DNA of 64,000 nt from Mytilus californianus (GCF_021869535.1 NW_026262679.1:87234001-87298000); one strand, 5' to 3'. Shown: positions 38,813 through 52,765, counted from the first letter of the stretch. Made by a program: numbers and translations. Notes: a model not told the origin generated them from the letters alone.

Positions 38813-40129
38813 TATGTGAGAGAATGATAATCCCTTTCTTCATGACTATGAACGAGCGTTTCCTTATTGTTAGTATGAATGTAAATCATGCAATCTATCA
38901 TTCAGGAAGTATATTTTCGTTTATTAAGAGTTCAAATCAATAAATTCTTAATTTTACTTACAACTAAAGTTTATTCCACAGCCAATATTTGATTCCGAAA
39001 AAAGTTTTCATTAAGTAAGGTAATTACATATTTACTTGATCTAAAATTGTCAGACGCCCTTTTAATGTGAACATTTTGTTTTTAATTGGGCCCTTTTAAC
39101 AGCAAGCTCAAATAACCACATACTTTTCTTGAATGACGCAATGCACAGTGGCTGATAAAAAATTATAAAAGTATACACGAGGTAGAATCTATTATTGAAA
39201 ATATATAAAACATTTTCATTTGCTTTTATTCGACTTATAGATTAACTTGTAATTTACAACACATTAGTGAGTAATGATACTTAAATATTTAGACAGGAAA
39301 TTAATTTAATCAACATCTCCATCTATACTCATGATGCTTTACGAATTGAATTTGAGAATTAATTAATGAAACATAAAATATGTACATAAACGTGCAATTC
39401 TCATTAGTATTGTACCAGAAATAATTTTGTTTTAAATTTGCTGACAAAAAATAACTAGATTTATTACAATGCATATAAAACTCATTTTGAGTGCCGTGTT
39501 CCCATCCTGTAAAAAAGGACTTTAAACAGAAATTATATTTATCAAACAGCATCTTAGATATCAAACAGTTTGTAGACGATGGGTCTCCTATGGTGTAAGC
39601 ACAGTCACAACTGTAAAGAGAAGTAAACGTGCGCTCGCAAACATGTTGAACCCAGCCACACTCTATATGATTGTACACAAAAGTAACTTTTTATCAATTT
39701 CGTACGTCCGAAGCTCATTTTTTTTTAATTTGCCTTCATAAGGAACGCTAAACCCTAAACATTTGACTGCCAAGATTGTAAATGACCAAAACATGTGAAG
39801 AACTATATGACCAAAAGGGACCTAAAAATAACAAAATTCATCGAGGGTGGTAAAGGGTTATTTTCGTGCAACGTGTTTTGCCATTTTTATTTCACGTGCA
39901 GCCGTGAAAAAAGGTTCGTTATTCACCGTGTTTCGTGAAATCGGTAAAAAGATCAACGTGCATGAAATTTTTAATTGTTCGTTCATCGTGAAATGGCAAT
40001 ATTATTTCGCGTTCTTCCATGCAGATACCCCCCCCCCCCCCCCCACCTTTACGCCCCTCTTCATCTATTGTCAACTTTGCCTGAGGGAGTTGGAATCTTA
40101 GTTTCTAAATTTTTACTAAATTTACCAAT

Positions 40130-40832
40130 GAAGCCTGTATTTCAGTGGTAGTTGGTTGCTGTCTGCCAATTTGTTTTTTCGTTTAATGTCGCATCATTAC
40201 ATTTTGTCACGTCGAAGACTTTTATAACTGACTATACAGTATGAGTTTGGCTCATGACTTGAAGGCAAAACGGTGACCTATGGTTGCTTACTCAACTTCA
40301 CTTGGTCTCTTGTGGATATTTCCTCATTGACAATCATACCACATTTCTTGATAAAGGTTTGGGTAGATTCACAGGAACGGCAGGTGAAAATAACAGATTC
40401 TACAAGGAATTAAATTATCCAAAAAAGTGAAAATTGAACAAATTCACAAATGGTATTACATTTTGAAGGTTCTAAATAGACCAGACTTCATAATGAGAAT
40501 GCTGAAACAACGCCGCATAATTTAAGAAGAAAGAAATATATTTCTGTTGATCCATTGAATATAAGTAGATGACCATTTAAGCGACCGATTTCAGAAGCGT
40601 TAATTCATGGGATAAACACAATTAATGAACGGACTGACATCACAGCAAAGGTTTAAACGGTCATAGACTACTTCAGAAAAGGCCCGATAAACGATGCAGG
40701 TGTGTGGGTATGTATGTGTGTGTCGGAAAAGTTAGTTTGAAATTTAACCTAACCAGTAAACATGTAGGTCATTTTGGTCTCTTGTGGAGAGTTGTCTCAT
40801 TGGCAATTATACCACATCTTCTTATTTTTATA
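40130..40832 (+). repeat. Two type A termini (40130-40350 and 40765-40832)
   Basis: GCCTGTATTTCAGTGG..CAATCATACCACATTTC and TTGGTCTCTTGTGGAGAGTTGTCTCATTGGCAATTATACCACATCTTCTTATTTTT. Confidence 0.7.
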
Positions 40833-41999
40833 TGTAAAAACAAGATCTAACTAATAACTACACAACTTCAGAAGGTAGACAAATGTTTTCTTGGAATTGG
40901 GTCTCTTAACTGTCATTGGTGTGAAAATTTCTTAGTACTCAATTCACTAATAATTGAAATGATGTTACGGTTGTGGACATTTTCGTCACTACATGTAAAC
41001 AGGGTATCACACTCAATACGGCTGATAAAATAGGATCTGTGTTCCGAATTGTAATTCAAAACAATCGATTTTGCTATTGTTCGAATCAGATTTTTTTTTA
41101 AACTCCCTATATCCATTGGAACACAATTTATTTTTTCAATGGAGTACTGATAGCCGGTAAGGGATATGGGTACTGTTTTCTTCAATCAAGTATCGTCTCC
41201 ATTTGTTAACAAGCATTTAAACGGTTTGAAACACCAACAACCATTCGTTCGGGTCTCCTTCCTGTACTAAATGTATCCAGTAGAATAATAGAACAATTAT
41301 TCTGCAAAATTTACATATTTCTGTTCAAACACCCCTATCCTCATCGTAATACACATTAAAAGGGAAAATAAATCAATTCCATACATCATTTTACGATTTA
41401 AATGTTTTAATATTTAGTGATTTTTGGGTGTTTAATAACAAGATGATTTTAGATAACTGGTTTAATTTTTTACATTAATAATGTACTTTAATTTTAAAAG
41501 AAGAATCTTTTTCAACTTACCAATGTCATTCCGTGAATCACAACATGTAACTAGAAATTTCACTTACAATAATCAAATTTCAAACCTGCACTATTGGATG
41601 ATTTTGATTATGTTTTATAGTTCAGATATTTCCTTTATTCATTATCATCAGTTCCGAATTTATTTTTGAAACATCTAATTTTCGCTTCCAACGGAAACAA
41701 ATGTAAAAACTATTCTGTATTCAGCTAAAGCGTGTCTTTGTCACACAAACAAGACAGTATATGACATTGCTATGGCAATGGTTTATACAAAAGACAAATA
41801 TTTGTTTTGTTTATTCTGATTTTGTTCTTTTATAAAGACTTTATGTTAATCAATTACAGAAGTTTAACATCAATGGCATACTAATGGAAACATTAACAGA
41901 AACGAAAATTCCATAATATGTCTGTTTTCAAAATTTTTATTCTTCTATAAATTGTACACACTATGTTTTTCTTAACTTTATTTCTCATTTCTACTCCGT

Positions 42000-42108
42000 A
42001 CTTTATATGGCCTTTTTTTTTTTGAGCGTCAATGATATCTTTTGTAGACGAAACGTGTGTCTGGCGTACAAAATTATAAGCCTGATATCTCTGAAGATAT
42101 TTTTACAG
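42000..42108 (+). mobile_element. Retrozyme family 1 fragment with destroyed core
   Basis: GAGCGTCAATGATATCTTTTGTAGACGAAACGTGTGTCTGGCGTACAAAATTATAAGCCTG; T-rich end. Confidence 0.75.
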
Positions 42109-42560
42109 TCTCAATTAATAGAGTCAATTTCAAAAGAAAGGTTAACTGAATCTGGAACAAGTCAGAGAGAATCTAGACATCACTGTTAAGTGATAAGCCT
42201 GGTTATATCAGGTGTAAGTCCTGGAAACCGAAACTTATTTGCAACATTAAGAAACATTTAATTTCAAAAAGCAAATTCATCCCAATCAAGCACATGACCA
42301 TAAAAGAAAAAAAAAACTTATAGTATATATCTATAGGTATTATAAACTAGATAATAATACAGCCTTTATTTTTGAAAAAAAAACTGAATGACCACTTTGC
42401 GTGTGAAGGAAGTAGATTTTGTTAATTGAGACAACAAAATATTGATACAACCTCAGCAGTTTCAGTATGATGTAAATCTGCGTGAAACATCAATTTCCTC
42501 AAATATTGCACTGACTCTAGCATGATGTATTTGATACCAAAATAGCCTTAAATAATTTGA

Positions 42561-43484
42561 AAATTGCCAGAACGATTAAGCATAAAGTGATATAAGTTGC
42601 CAGAACGATTAAGCATAAAGTAATATAAGTTGCCAGAACGATTAAGCATAAAGTGATACAAGTTGCCAGAACGATTAAGCATAAAGTAATATAAGTTGCC
42701 AGAACAATTAAGCATAAAGTGATATAAGTTCCCAGAACGATTAAGAATAAAGTGATATAAGTTGCCAGAACGATTAAGCATAAAGTGATATAAGTTGCCA
42801 GAACAATTAAGCATAAAGTGATATAAGTTGCCAGAACGATTAAGAATAAAGTGATATAAGTTGCCAGAACAATTAAGCATAAAGTGATACAAGTTGCCAG
42901 GACGATTACGCATAAAGTGATATAAGTTGCCAGAACGATTAAGCATAAAGTAATACAAGTTGCCAGAACGATTAAGCATAAAGTGATACAAGTTGCCAGG
43001 ACGATTAAGCATAAAGTGATATAAGTTGCCAGAACAATTAAGCATAAAGTGATATAAGTTGCCAGAACGATTAAGCATAAAGTGATATAAGTTGCCAGAA
43101 CAATTAGACATAAATTGATATAAGTTGCCAGAACGATTAAGAATAAAGTGATATAAGTTGCCAGAACGATTAAGCATAAAGTAATATAAGTTGCCAGAAC
43201 GATTAAGCATAAAGTGATACAAGTTGCCAGGACGATTAAGCATAAAGTGATATAAATTGCCAGAACAATTAAGCATAAAGTGATATAAGTTGCCAGAACG
43301 ATTAAGCATAAAGTGATATAAGTTGCCAGAACAAATAAGCATAAAGTGATATAAGTTGCCAGAACGATTAAGAATAAAGTGATATAAGTTGCCAGAACAA
43401 TTAAGCATAAAGTGATACAAGTTGCCAGGACGATTACGCATAAAGTGATATAAGTTGCCAGAACGAAAAAGCATAAAATGATAT
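42561..43484. repeat. 33-bp minisatellite, about 28 units
   Basis: Unit AAGTTGCCAGAACGATTAAGCATAAAGTGATAT; this explains the 308-aa repetitive ORF 42548-43474 (11-aa period). Confidence 0.97.
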
Positions 43485-45281
43485 TGTCATGTCAAAATGT
43501 TCAGTTTGTTATCAAGTAAATGTGTAAAAATAACCGGATATATAATTTTCCTGATTGCTTAATGCTCATGTATCAATTTTGACTGTTACCGACTTTCGCC
43601 GATTATAGCCATTTACCATGACATACGACAAGTGTCGCATGTTAATATTGGTTCGATGACGAAATTGTGTCCTGTCAAAATACCTATCCATTCAACTGTT
43701 TTAATTACATGCCCGACAAACAAGTTCTATAGTAGAAAATCATAATGTCTACCGTTTGGAAATTATAGTTCTTTGTCATCGAAAATAACCAGGCGAAAAA
43801 CTGCTTATCATTGAGAATTTCATCCCCGGTATTGGTGGGGTTCGTAATGCGCAGTCGTTGGTTTTCTACACGATAAACACTTGTAAAGGTGCTTATTGTC
43901 GTCTGTAAATCTCGACTCATTGTTTTGATCGCTTCCTCTCTCCTTTCTTATTTTTATAATGCATTTAATCGAGAAACTCTAATATAGAATATTTCTTCAA
44001 ATTTCTCAAATGTACGTATCGTCATATTTAAGGACATATTTTTCTTAAATGATATCACCTTTTCGCTTAAGAAAAAGGTTTTCACTGATTTCCATTTTTT
44101 ATTTCTCAGACTGGTAATTTCTGTTAAATTATAAATAGTTAACAACACGGGAGGTGATAAACTCTTGTCTGTATACACAAAACACCTCACTGGAAATTTA
44201 TCCAGAATTACGACTGTGTTTTTCTATTTATTTTTATGCAGAATGCGCCAAATAATTTGTATTCTTACGTTTAAATAAATCGATAAATTCCTTGAACCAC
44301 ACCACACAGTGTATTCATTTAAATAATGATATTGGTATAAACAGTTGCGGCCATAATGAAAGTAAAGGAAAAGTATACTTTGTATCCAACTTTTTTGAAT
44401 AAACGAAATATTCTTTTAAAATGAATTTTACCATTAAACCTCTGATCGTTTCTATTGGTATAACCATTATGTACCAATTTCTTTTAAAGAGAATGAAAAT
44501 ATTTCAAAAAAATTTAATATAACATTACATCAGAGACATGTGTACTAGAAATATGTTATTCACATAGAAAATTACTGTTGTGAATATGTTCGTTTCAATT
44601 TGTATCCACCAGTCTCAATACATTTTACAACTGTTTTCCATATAATTTTTTAAATGTGCATATTCTAAACTAACAAATATATTCACGCCGCTAGTTTCAT
44701 GACAAACAATGTCATGATAACTACTATCGGTTATGTAATCCGATTTTTATCATCTTTTGAAGAAGCGTATTCTTCAACATTAGTAAAAGAACCTTCAATT
44801 CTTGTTAGTTCATGCAGTGTCAGTCAGGGTTTAATTCAAAAGCGACAGCCGTACTATTAGAGATGCATTGTTGTATGAATATTATGTAACATCTTCATTG
44901 CAATCAGTAATATTTATGATGGATAGAAACAGTTCAGATACGTTCAATGCACTTTTGAGAATTAAATTATCTAAACATATTATTTAATCAAGTACTTATT
45001 TGTTATATATAACATCAATTGATAAGTTACGCTTGAGCCCATACATAACATCGTTTGACAGAAAACCCTAGCAGAATTTGCAGAGTGGGAAAATATTTTA
45101 GGACATTTTATTCTTTACTTCAAACAATGTAAACTATTAGGAAAAAACTGCACTACACAATCAGTGGGTATAACATTTTGAGGTTGTCCTTATTACCATT
45201 TTCCGATTAAACATTTGTTGTTGTTGTCATGTTTACCGATTTTGTCATTTTCTCCCTTTGACTTTTCTAAATATACCTAAC

Positions 45282-46042
45282 TTTGGAACCGTTTGAAATA
45301 GTGGGACATACAAAGCAAGGGATGATTATCCTGTCAATAAACTTAGTCTAAATGTATAATTAGCTTTTAAAAATAGCTATACATGATGATAAATAAAAAT
45401 GAAATAAAAAAAGCGCATATATCATACGTCAATACATTTATATTGTTTCTCCCAGGTGACAGTAAAAACTGTTATCAATATAAGCACATTTATAACAGTT
45501 AAATATTTGGAACCGTTTGAAAGGTGAGGCATGTAACGCAAGGAAGGATTACCCTGTCAATGAACGATTATAGTTCGTGCCATTCCGCCAAAAGGACATA
45601 CTTTGCTTTTTAGTAAGTGGGCTGGTTGTTAAAATATGAAATCAATTATCCCCCGAAAAGATTGTTAATGAGCTGATTAGTAATTGATAAAAAAAAATGT
45701 GTATAGCTAATATTCAGTTAAGTTATTTATAAGATTAAACGATGCTTAATTAACTTTTTAAAATAGCTATACATGATGCCAAACAAAAATGTAATAAAAA
45801 GACTCATGTATCATGCGTTAATACAGTTGTATTGTTTCTCACAGGTGACAGTTTAAACTGTTAAAAAATCGATTCTAAGAATGACAATAAAGTGAACCTA
45901 AAGACCCGTTTGATTCAATGTCCTTTCGTGGTTCGCAATCAATTTTGACGAACCATTGAATGTTAAACCGCTGCGAACGTAATAGCATATTATTGTTATC
46001 TTCTGATATCAATATAACCACATTTATAACAGCCAAATATTT
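45282..46042. repeat. Diverged tandem duplication of a unit of about 225 bp; the second copy has two insertions
   Basis: TTGGAACCGTTTGAAA at about 45283 and 45507; AAAATAGCTATACATGATG at about 45370 and 45760; TATTGTTTCTC.CAGGTGACAGT at about 45441 and 45830. Confidence 0.75.
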
Positions 46043-47104
46043 AAATTATTAATAACAATAAAAACTATTAATTTCATTTTCATGACGTAATTTCAAATTG
46101 GATACTTTGGATATACATGTTCTCAACATAACATCACTATTACAAACATTTCGATATTTCTTACTTTAAATTAAGACGGAAGAATTGATATGAACAAATA
46201 TTGTCATCTCGTGTGACAACTAGGGATTTTAATAACATTAAATCACTTTAAAATGTTTAATGAGAAAAACTGATCTGCATTATTAAAAGTCGTTTATCAA
46301 GTTTAAATAATTCAACAATTGCTAAGTTAGTATTTATTACATTGGTAGAATAAAATCTATTTATTTTCATTTCGAGTGGAAACAAATAAATTTGACTATT
46401 GTTTCAATTAAATACATACGTCTTCTTAACGCACGCAATGAAATTTCCATGCATAATTTTGAGACGAATATTTGATTTTGTATTCTGTAATGAACACAAT
46501 TGTTTCTGTTTTCGACTGAATATTTTTATTTTATTACTGCAGTTAACCAAATTTTATATATTTATTAACACATTAAGTCTCACGAAGATTCTTCAGAGAC
46601 AACAATAGTTCATATTATTCTCCGCGACTTCATCGTCCTTAAATACGCTAGGAGAAATGACCAACAATAAAATTGACATTGCTATATGATGTCATTTCAT
46701 ATACCTCTGGGATCACAAAACAACCAGAAGCTCTAGAAATCGAGTTAAAGGATTTTTGCGAATAATATGACAAAACATAACAAAACAAATTAATATCGTT
46801 CACTGGCAAATTTGTCACAAACGTTGCTGCTTCATGTAAAACTATATTAGAGCATCTATATGATAAACCCCATTCTAAAATACCACCTTCACTTTTGAAA
46901 ATGTCTCTTTTTGAAGGGACTTCGATATTTACAACCAAGCTTATGATTAATGGTGGTAGTGATAGACTTTGATATTTGATACAACAATATACAGCATAAA
47001 CTTTACCAGATTAAAATTTTTATTCCGATGAATGTGTTTATATTGTACTGATAAAAAAATAGCACATATACTATATTTTTTATTCCTAGAACGATTATAC
47101 ACCT

Positions 47105-47310
47105 TCAAAGGTACCTGGCTTATAAGTTAAGTTTGCAAGGCGCAACTTTGTATATATATATATGACTCATTAGTAGGGCTATCGGGGACAAAACGTCCAC
47201 AAGTAGTGCATCGATCCATTGGTTGTAAAAACTCATCAAAGATACCGAGCTTTTAAAACAATACACTAGACTTATCAGTGGCACTCAAATAAAAACAGTT
47301 CGAAGCTTAA
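47105..47310 (-). mobile_element. Two decayed retrozyme pieces in tandem
   Basis: Reverse complement TTGAGTGCCACTGATAAGTCTAG..GGTATCTTTGATGAGTTTTTACAACCAATGGATCGATGCACTACTTGTGGACGTTTTGTCCCCGA, followed by CTAATGAGTC..AGCCAGGTACCTTTG. Confidence 0.6.
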
Positions 47311-48417
47311 AAGAATACATAAAGCGTATAGTGTGATTGCGATGTGGCTTAGTTCAGAAACATCTTATTTTTTTTTATTTTTTCTTTTATATCTTTTTGA
47401 CATGTTGTTGTTTTGAAAACAATTGTTTGAAACACAGATATATGGAACAAAAATACCCATAAAGATTTCCGTACAAAATATATATGTATATATTTTATGT
47501 ATCCGCGCTTCCACGCGTTCATCTAAGACTGTGGTAATCATCTCGTCTTAATGGATATAATTTGTAGGAAGGTGATTTTCACATCGGAGATGATTTAATA
47601 AATAAGAATATCGCTTGAAAAATTATAATTTGTTCTGTGTTCTATTTCCGTTCAAATTTTAAATTCTTATTCATTTTATCTTCCATCAAATTTGTAATTT
47701 ATTCTGTCTTTTAAGTTTCCATTAAGATATACATACTAACAAATTTCTCTTTTGTAAAGCACCAACCACATATTTTAATCATATTCTATTAGTTCACATG
47801 CTTTATCTTTTAACCATTTCACAACCGGTATTACTTTATTATGCTAAATTGCATTTTTATTATCTGAAAATTGTGCTGCTTTTGATATGAAATTTCGGTT
47901 AATCCTAAATTCTTGTAATACCTCATGTATCTTTGCAATAAAGTATATGCTCATTTCAGTTATAATTAAAGTTGCACAATATTTTTGATGTCACTTCTTT
48001 GTGGTGAGGATAAAAGGGCAGAAAAATATAAGTTCCATACGAACTTTTAAACATAAAGAAATCTTTTAAGCAACGGAAATGAGCATAAAACTTACAGCTT
48101 AATTGCATGTAAACAATTATTTGTTTTCTGTGTACAGATTGGAAATAGTTCACGAGATTTTATCTAGATCATATCAAGTCTGAGAAAGTGTCCCCATAAT
48201 ACGAGCAATGCAGGTAAGGTACCGTGACAGTACCAGTTGACTATTTATTGTATTAAGCTATTAATATTTTTTCATGTTACGAAGTATGGTAAATGTATGG
48301 TATACATTCCAAAATTTCACTCAACAATGAGGTAAAGATGGAATCAGGACATTCTTGTGGAAGTTCACAGTTTCATTGAAAAGACAACAACAATATAAAT
48401 CAATGAAAAAAATGTAG

Positions 48418-48565
48418 AATAACAAAAATACTCCAAGGAAAATTCAAAACGGAAAGACCTTTATTAAATGGCAAAATCAAAAGCTGAAACACATCAAAAA
48501 CGGGAAACAACTGTCATATTACTGACTTGGTACACGGATTTCCTTATGTAGAAAATGGTGGAATG
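48418..48565 (-). repeat. PLE type B terminus
   Basis: AATAACAAAAATACTCCAAGGAAAATTCAAAACGGAAAG..CAACTGTCATATTACTGACTTGGTAC matches 55608-55730. Confidence 0.75.
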
Positions 48566-49384
48566 GAATAATCATAACATTGAAAATTAATTGCTAGTTA
48601 AATAAATAATACCTGTTAGTAAAATATTAAACATTTGATTAATAGAAATATTAGTATGTGTTAGTAAACAATAATGGCTAGATAATTGAATCATGCCAAC
48701 TTTTGTCAAGTCCTTTTGGTCACATTTGAGACCTTCGTTGCAAGGAAGCATAACCACAGTCTAAACAAAGATTGGTAATAGAATTTTACTTTATATTGAA
48801 AAATTACCAAATTCAATATCTTAGTGTACAGGGTAAAGTTTGGCAAATAATGAAACATACGTTTTTAGTTAGGGGAAACTAGTACAACGTCTCTACTTAA
48901 ACTTTCACTCAATTATTGAAACTACCAATTTAGGCAATGCCTTTATTTTTACTCTTTATGAGTGTATATACCATTTTTTTTAATCACCCTTTTGAAAGAT
49001 GCCTTATGCAACTGCTTAAAACATCACAAACATGGTTACTATAGTATACGTAAATATTAAAGTTTTTGTTTTGTCTTGGGCTTGACTACATACTGTAATT
49101 CAGACCTAAAGTGTTTGCTTCTGTCGTTTGTTGTTATATCATAAATATGAGGATCTAAATAAAGTATTTACTAGCTTCTAAATTGTTAAGTATAAATCTG
49201 TTGATATTAGTCTCAAGTATACTTTTAAAGTTTACTGTAAAAAGTTGGTTATGCATTGAGTCTACTTTTTACAGTCATTATTGTAATCACTACTTAGAAA
49301 AGGTCCGTTCATTCTTTTACACTTAGACAAATTGTTTAGTATGTTAGGTTTTTCGACATTTCGCATTCGACCATATCGTTAATG

Positions 49385-49662
49385 ATAATCAGTTTTGACA
49401 TGAATATCATTTATATGGTCATTTTGATAAATTTCCTGTAACAAAAATTTGAATATTTCGAAAAACTAAGGATTTTCTTATCCCAGGAATAGATTACCTT
49501 AGCCGTAGTTGGCACAACTTTTTTTGAATTTCGGGTCCTCAATGCTCTTCAACTTTGTATTTGTTTGGCTTTATAACTATTTTGATCTGAACGTCACTGA
49601 TGAGTCTTATGTAGACGAAACGCGCGTCTGGCGTATATAAATCCTGGTACCTTTGATAACTA
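49385..49662 (+). mobile_element. Retrozyme family 1 (variant b) copy with intact hammerhead
   Basis: Colinear with the 3497-3828 and 60810-61132 copies (CCCAGGAATAGATTACCTTAGC..GGGTCCTCAATGCTCTTCAACTT). Confidence 0.88.
49591..49634 (+). ncRNA. Intact minimal type I hammerhead ribozyme; predicted cleavage after 49628
   Basis: Stem I ACGTCA/TGGCGT (6 bp, one G-U), core CTGATGA, stem II GTCT-TATGT-AGAC, GAAA, palindromic short stem III C-GCGC-G, GTC triplet. Confidence 0.92.
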
Positions 49663-49683
49663 TAATCAAAATTCAAAGTAAAG

Positions 49684-52380
49684 AAATAAAGGCAACATTA
49701 GTATACCGCTGTTCAATAGTCATTAATCGATTAAGCGAAAACAAATCCAGGTCTCAAACCAAAACCGAGGGAAACACATCAACTATAAGAGGAAAACAAC
49801 AGAACAAGTCAATGAATGGCAACAAAAATAAATGCCAACATACAAAGCAACCGACTATTTGATAACAACTGCTATACTCCTGACTTGGTGCAGGACATTT
49901 TAAGAAATTTAATGAACCTGGTTTTGTGGCTAGCCAAACTTCCCGCTTATATGGCAATGTTAAAAATACCGCTAAAATGACAACATTACGTGACAGAATT
50001 CAGTACAAATAAACACAATAACACTCAGGACAGATAAACACATGAATAAGTAATATAATAGTACATAACAATATGTAAACCACAGAACAAAAACGGACAC
50101 CACCCATGACTCCACGACAGCACACCAGGACACCACAAACCTTTTATCAACTGTGCGTCACACGAATGTATCAACGCCACAAAAAGTGATGTATTTTTTG
50201 TGACGCATATATTATCACAGGTAAATTTCTAAAAATAGAATAGATTTGTTTTATTGTAGACACGTACAAGAATATACGACTGAGTTTGTAATGGTGTTAT
50301 TTTATGTATTTTCTAACCATGACAAAAATATTAAAATGAAATTGTGTTTTTAATGGTGTTATTTATGATTTGTATTTTCTAACCATGTCGGTTTTTCTTC
50401 TAAATCAAAAATGTGTATAAACAAAAAAATCTTGTGCATATAGTTGCTTTCAACTAAAAATCATATTAATGAAATAACTTATTAATTATCTTAATTTTTA
50501 CATGTATTTAGAAGAAATAAAATAATTGTAATATAAGTCAAGATTATGTAAGACCAAACAGTAAACATACTTAAAACAAACAACATAAAACAAAAACACT
50601 GTAGACGAACCACGAGTACCTCAACTATACTGACAAATAAGACATATGTGAAATGTACCGAAAATACAGAATTCAATCCACAAACGATAAGACATAACAC
50701 AATATCTATCCAGACTTAAAAAAAACATCATAACTAAATACATGAATGTTGGATGTATAGATACCGAGACACGTCGTATAGCAATGCGAATTCACACTTG
50801 GCAAAACAGTCATATCTGATGTTCAGTAGTTGTCGTTTGTTGATGTGGTTCATAAGTGTTTCTCGTTTTTTTTTTATATAGATTAGACCGTTGGTTTTCC
50901 CGTTTGAATGGTTTTACACTAGTAATTTTTGGGGCCCTTTATAGCTTGCTGTTCGGTGTGAGCCAAGGCTCCGTATTGAAGACCGTACTTTGACCTATAA
51001 TGGTTTACTTTTATAAATTTTGATTTGGATGGAGTTGTCTCATTGGCACTCATACCACATCTTCTTATATCTATATATTCGGGAATAGGTCACGTTCGGT
51101 AATTAGCAGTCCAGACGACGTAGATGTTAAACCACAATCTAAGACGTGGTAAAAATGTTATTAGTTAGTTTAGACACAGACACATCGTATAGATCAACCA
51201 ATTTCTAATCTTTCCTCCTCATAACTCTTTCGGATTAGTTTCTGCGTAAGGAACACATTCCTGTATATGAAGTCCGTATAGTGTGAACATGCACGAACGT
51301 ATCAACTGAGATATGTAAACACCATACGATGGGGCAGAGGGTATGTTACTGCTGAGATATGGGAAATTGATAATTGTGAAGTTGAAATCATCCCGTTTGT
51401 CATAGATTTTAGTGTGAAGTCGTCCATCTTTGTAAATATTGAGGAAAAGATCAAGGTATGAAAGCAGTCTTTCTAGTTTCAGTAGTATCCTTAATTTAAA
51501 GTTCACTGGGATATATGAGATGTAAGTACTAACTAAAATATGGGCTATGCAGTGATAGGACATCATCAATATATCTGAAAGTAAAATTAAAGAATTTCGC
51601 AAGGTGCTTTTTCTTCATTTCGTTTAGAAGGTTCTGAATGAATTCTGCTTCATACGAGTACAAAAACAAATCGGTCAGTAGGGGTGCACAATTAGTACCC
51701 ATTAGAATACCGACTGTCTGTTGAAATATGAATCCTCCAAACTCAACAATATATTGTCGATAAAAAAAGTCCAGCATTTTGATAATATCATCTTCAGTGT
51801 ATTTTCTGATAGAATCAGTGTGGTTCTTCACAAAATAAGAATTATTATAACCCAAAACAATATATTTATATTTACGATTCCCATTTTTACAGAAAAAGCT
51901 CTGTTTAATGAGATGGTGAAGTTGATCATAAGGAAAAGTAGTGTAAAGCGTAGAAAAATCAAAAGTTTTAATGTTGCTGTAAAATTGCAGAGATTGTGAT
52001 CTAAGATTTAGCAGTAGATCTTTAGATTTTTTAAGAATCGACATCTGATTGACACCACTGGTTAATATATCTCATCATTATATTTTTGAAGGCCATCTTT
52101 TACTGTAGAAAGAATAGTACATGTAGTCAGCACTTTAGAAAGATGTTTAGTCGAACATCTTGATGATCCAGCTATGTATCGTTCTTTATAAGGAGTTTTG
52201 TGAAGTTTTGATATCCAATATAATGACGGTAGATTTTCTTCGTTTTCTTTGATGTTAATACCAAAAGAAAGAAGAACAGATTTGTGATTTTCTAAAATTT
52301 CATCCTTTGTAAATGATGTTAAAGAAGATGTTGGATTACCAGTTTTGCTGTTTATTCCAAGCTCTTTTGTGAGTCATTCC
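49684..52380 (-). mobile_element. Penelope-like element subfamily II, longest copy: near-complete RT pseudogene plus type C 3' UTR
   Basis: Minus-strand peptides LPSLYWISKLHKTPYKERYIAGSSRCSTKHLS, IKTFDFSTLYTT, QTVGILMGTNCAPLLTDLFLYSYEAEF..FTFRYIDDVLS and IYDKRDDFNFTIINFPYLSSNIPSAPSYGVYISQLIR, with frameshifts. The UTR is colinear with 22355-23290. Confidence 0.9.
50816..51074 (+). mobile_element. Type A terminus inserted into the subfamily II element
   Basis: Highly similar to 30220-30483. It splits CAGTCATAT/TCGGGAATAGG (contiguous at 22404-22425 on the other strand), with ATAT on both sides. Confidence 0.85.
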
Positions 52381-52499
52381 AAGTAATGGTTTTTACATAT
52401 GAAGACAATATTAATACATACTTCTATTATTGTGTTGGTGTAAACCATTTTGACCAGTATGGATATAAGCATTTATATGATGATGAATGTCAGAGAAAT

Positions 52500-52765
52500 A
52501 AATCAAAACAACACTTTATAAATTTCATTCGTCCGAAGCGCTTTTCTGGATCTATCGTAAGCAGGAAGGCTGAAAGCCAAATATTTGAAAGCCAGCCAAG
52601 GATGTATAAGAATCGAAACCATCAAAGAACTTTATGACCTACAGGGACCTAAAAGTGATAGCCAAATCCATCTTAGGTCAAATTTACCTAAGGGAGTTAA
52701 AACCTTAGTTTCTTGATAATTTCTAAATTCATAAACGGGTATGTTAGAAAAGTCGTGATAAATAG
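52500..52765 (-). mobile_element. Retrozyme family 2 copy with mutated hammerhead core
   Basis: Reverse complement GCCTTCCTGCTTACGATAGATCCAGAAAAGCGCTTCGGACG; the body aligns with 54065-54245. Confidence 0.75.

Noticed and set aside
42561-43484. CRISPR-like array
   Set aside because: The units are contiguous with no unique spacers, in a eukaryotic context with no cas genes.
52115-52140. GTAGTCAGCACTT resembling the retrozyme module
   Set aside because: It lies within the RT reading frame (antisense of SKVLTT) and the similarity is short.
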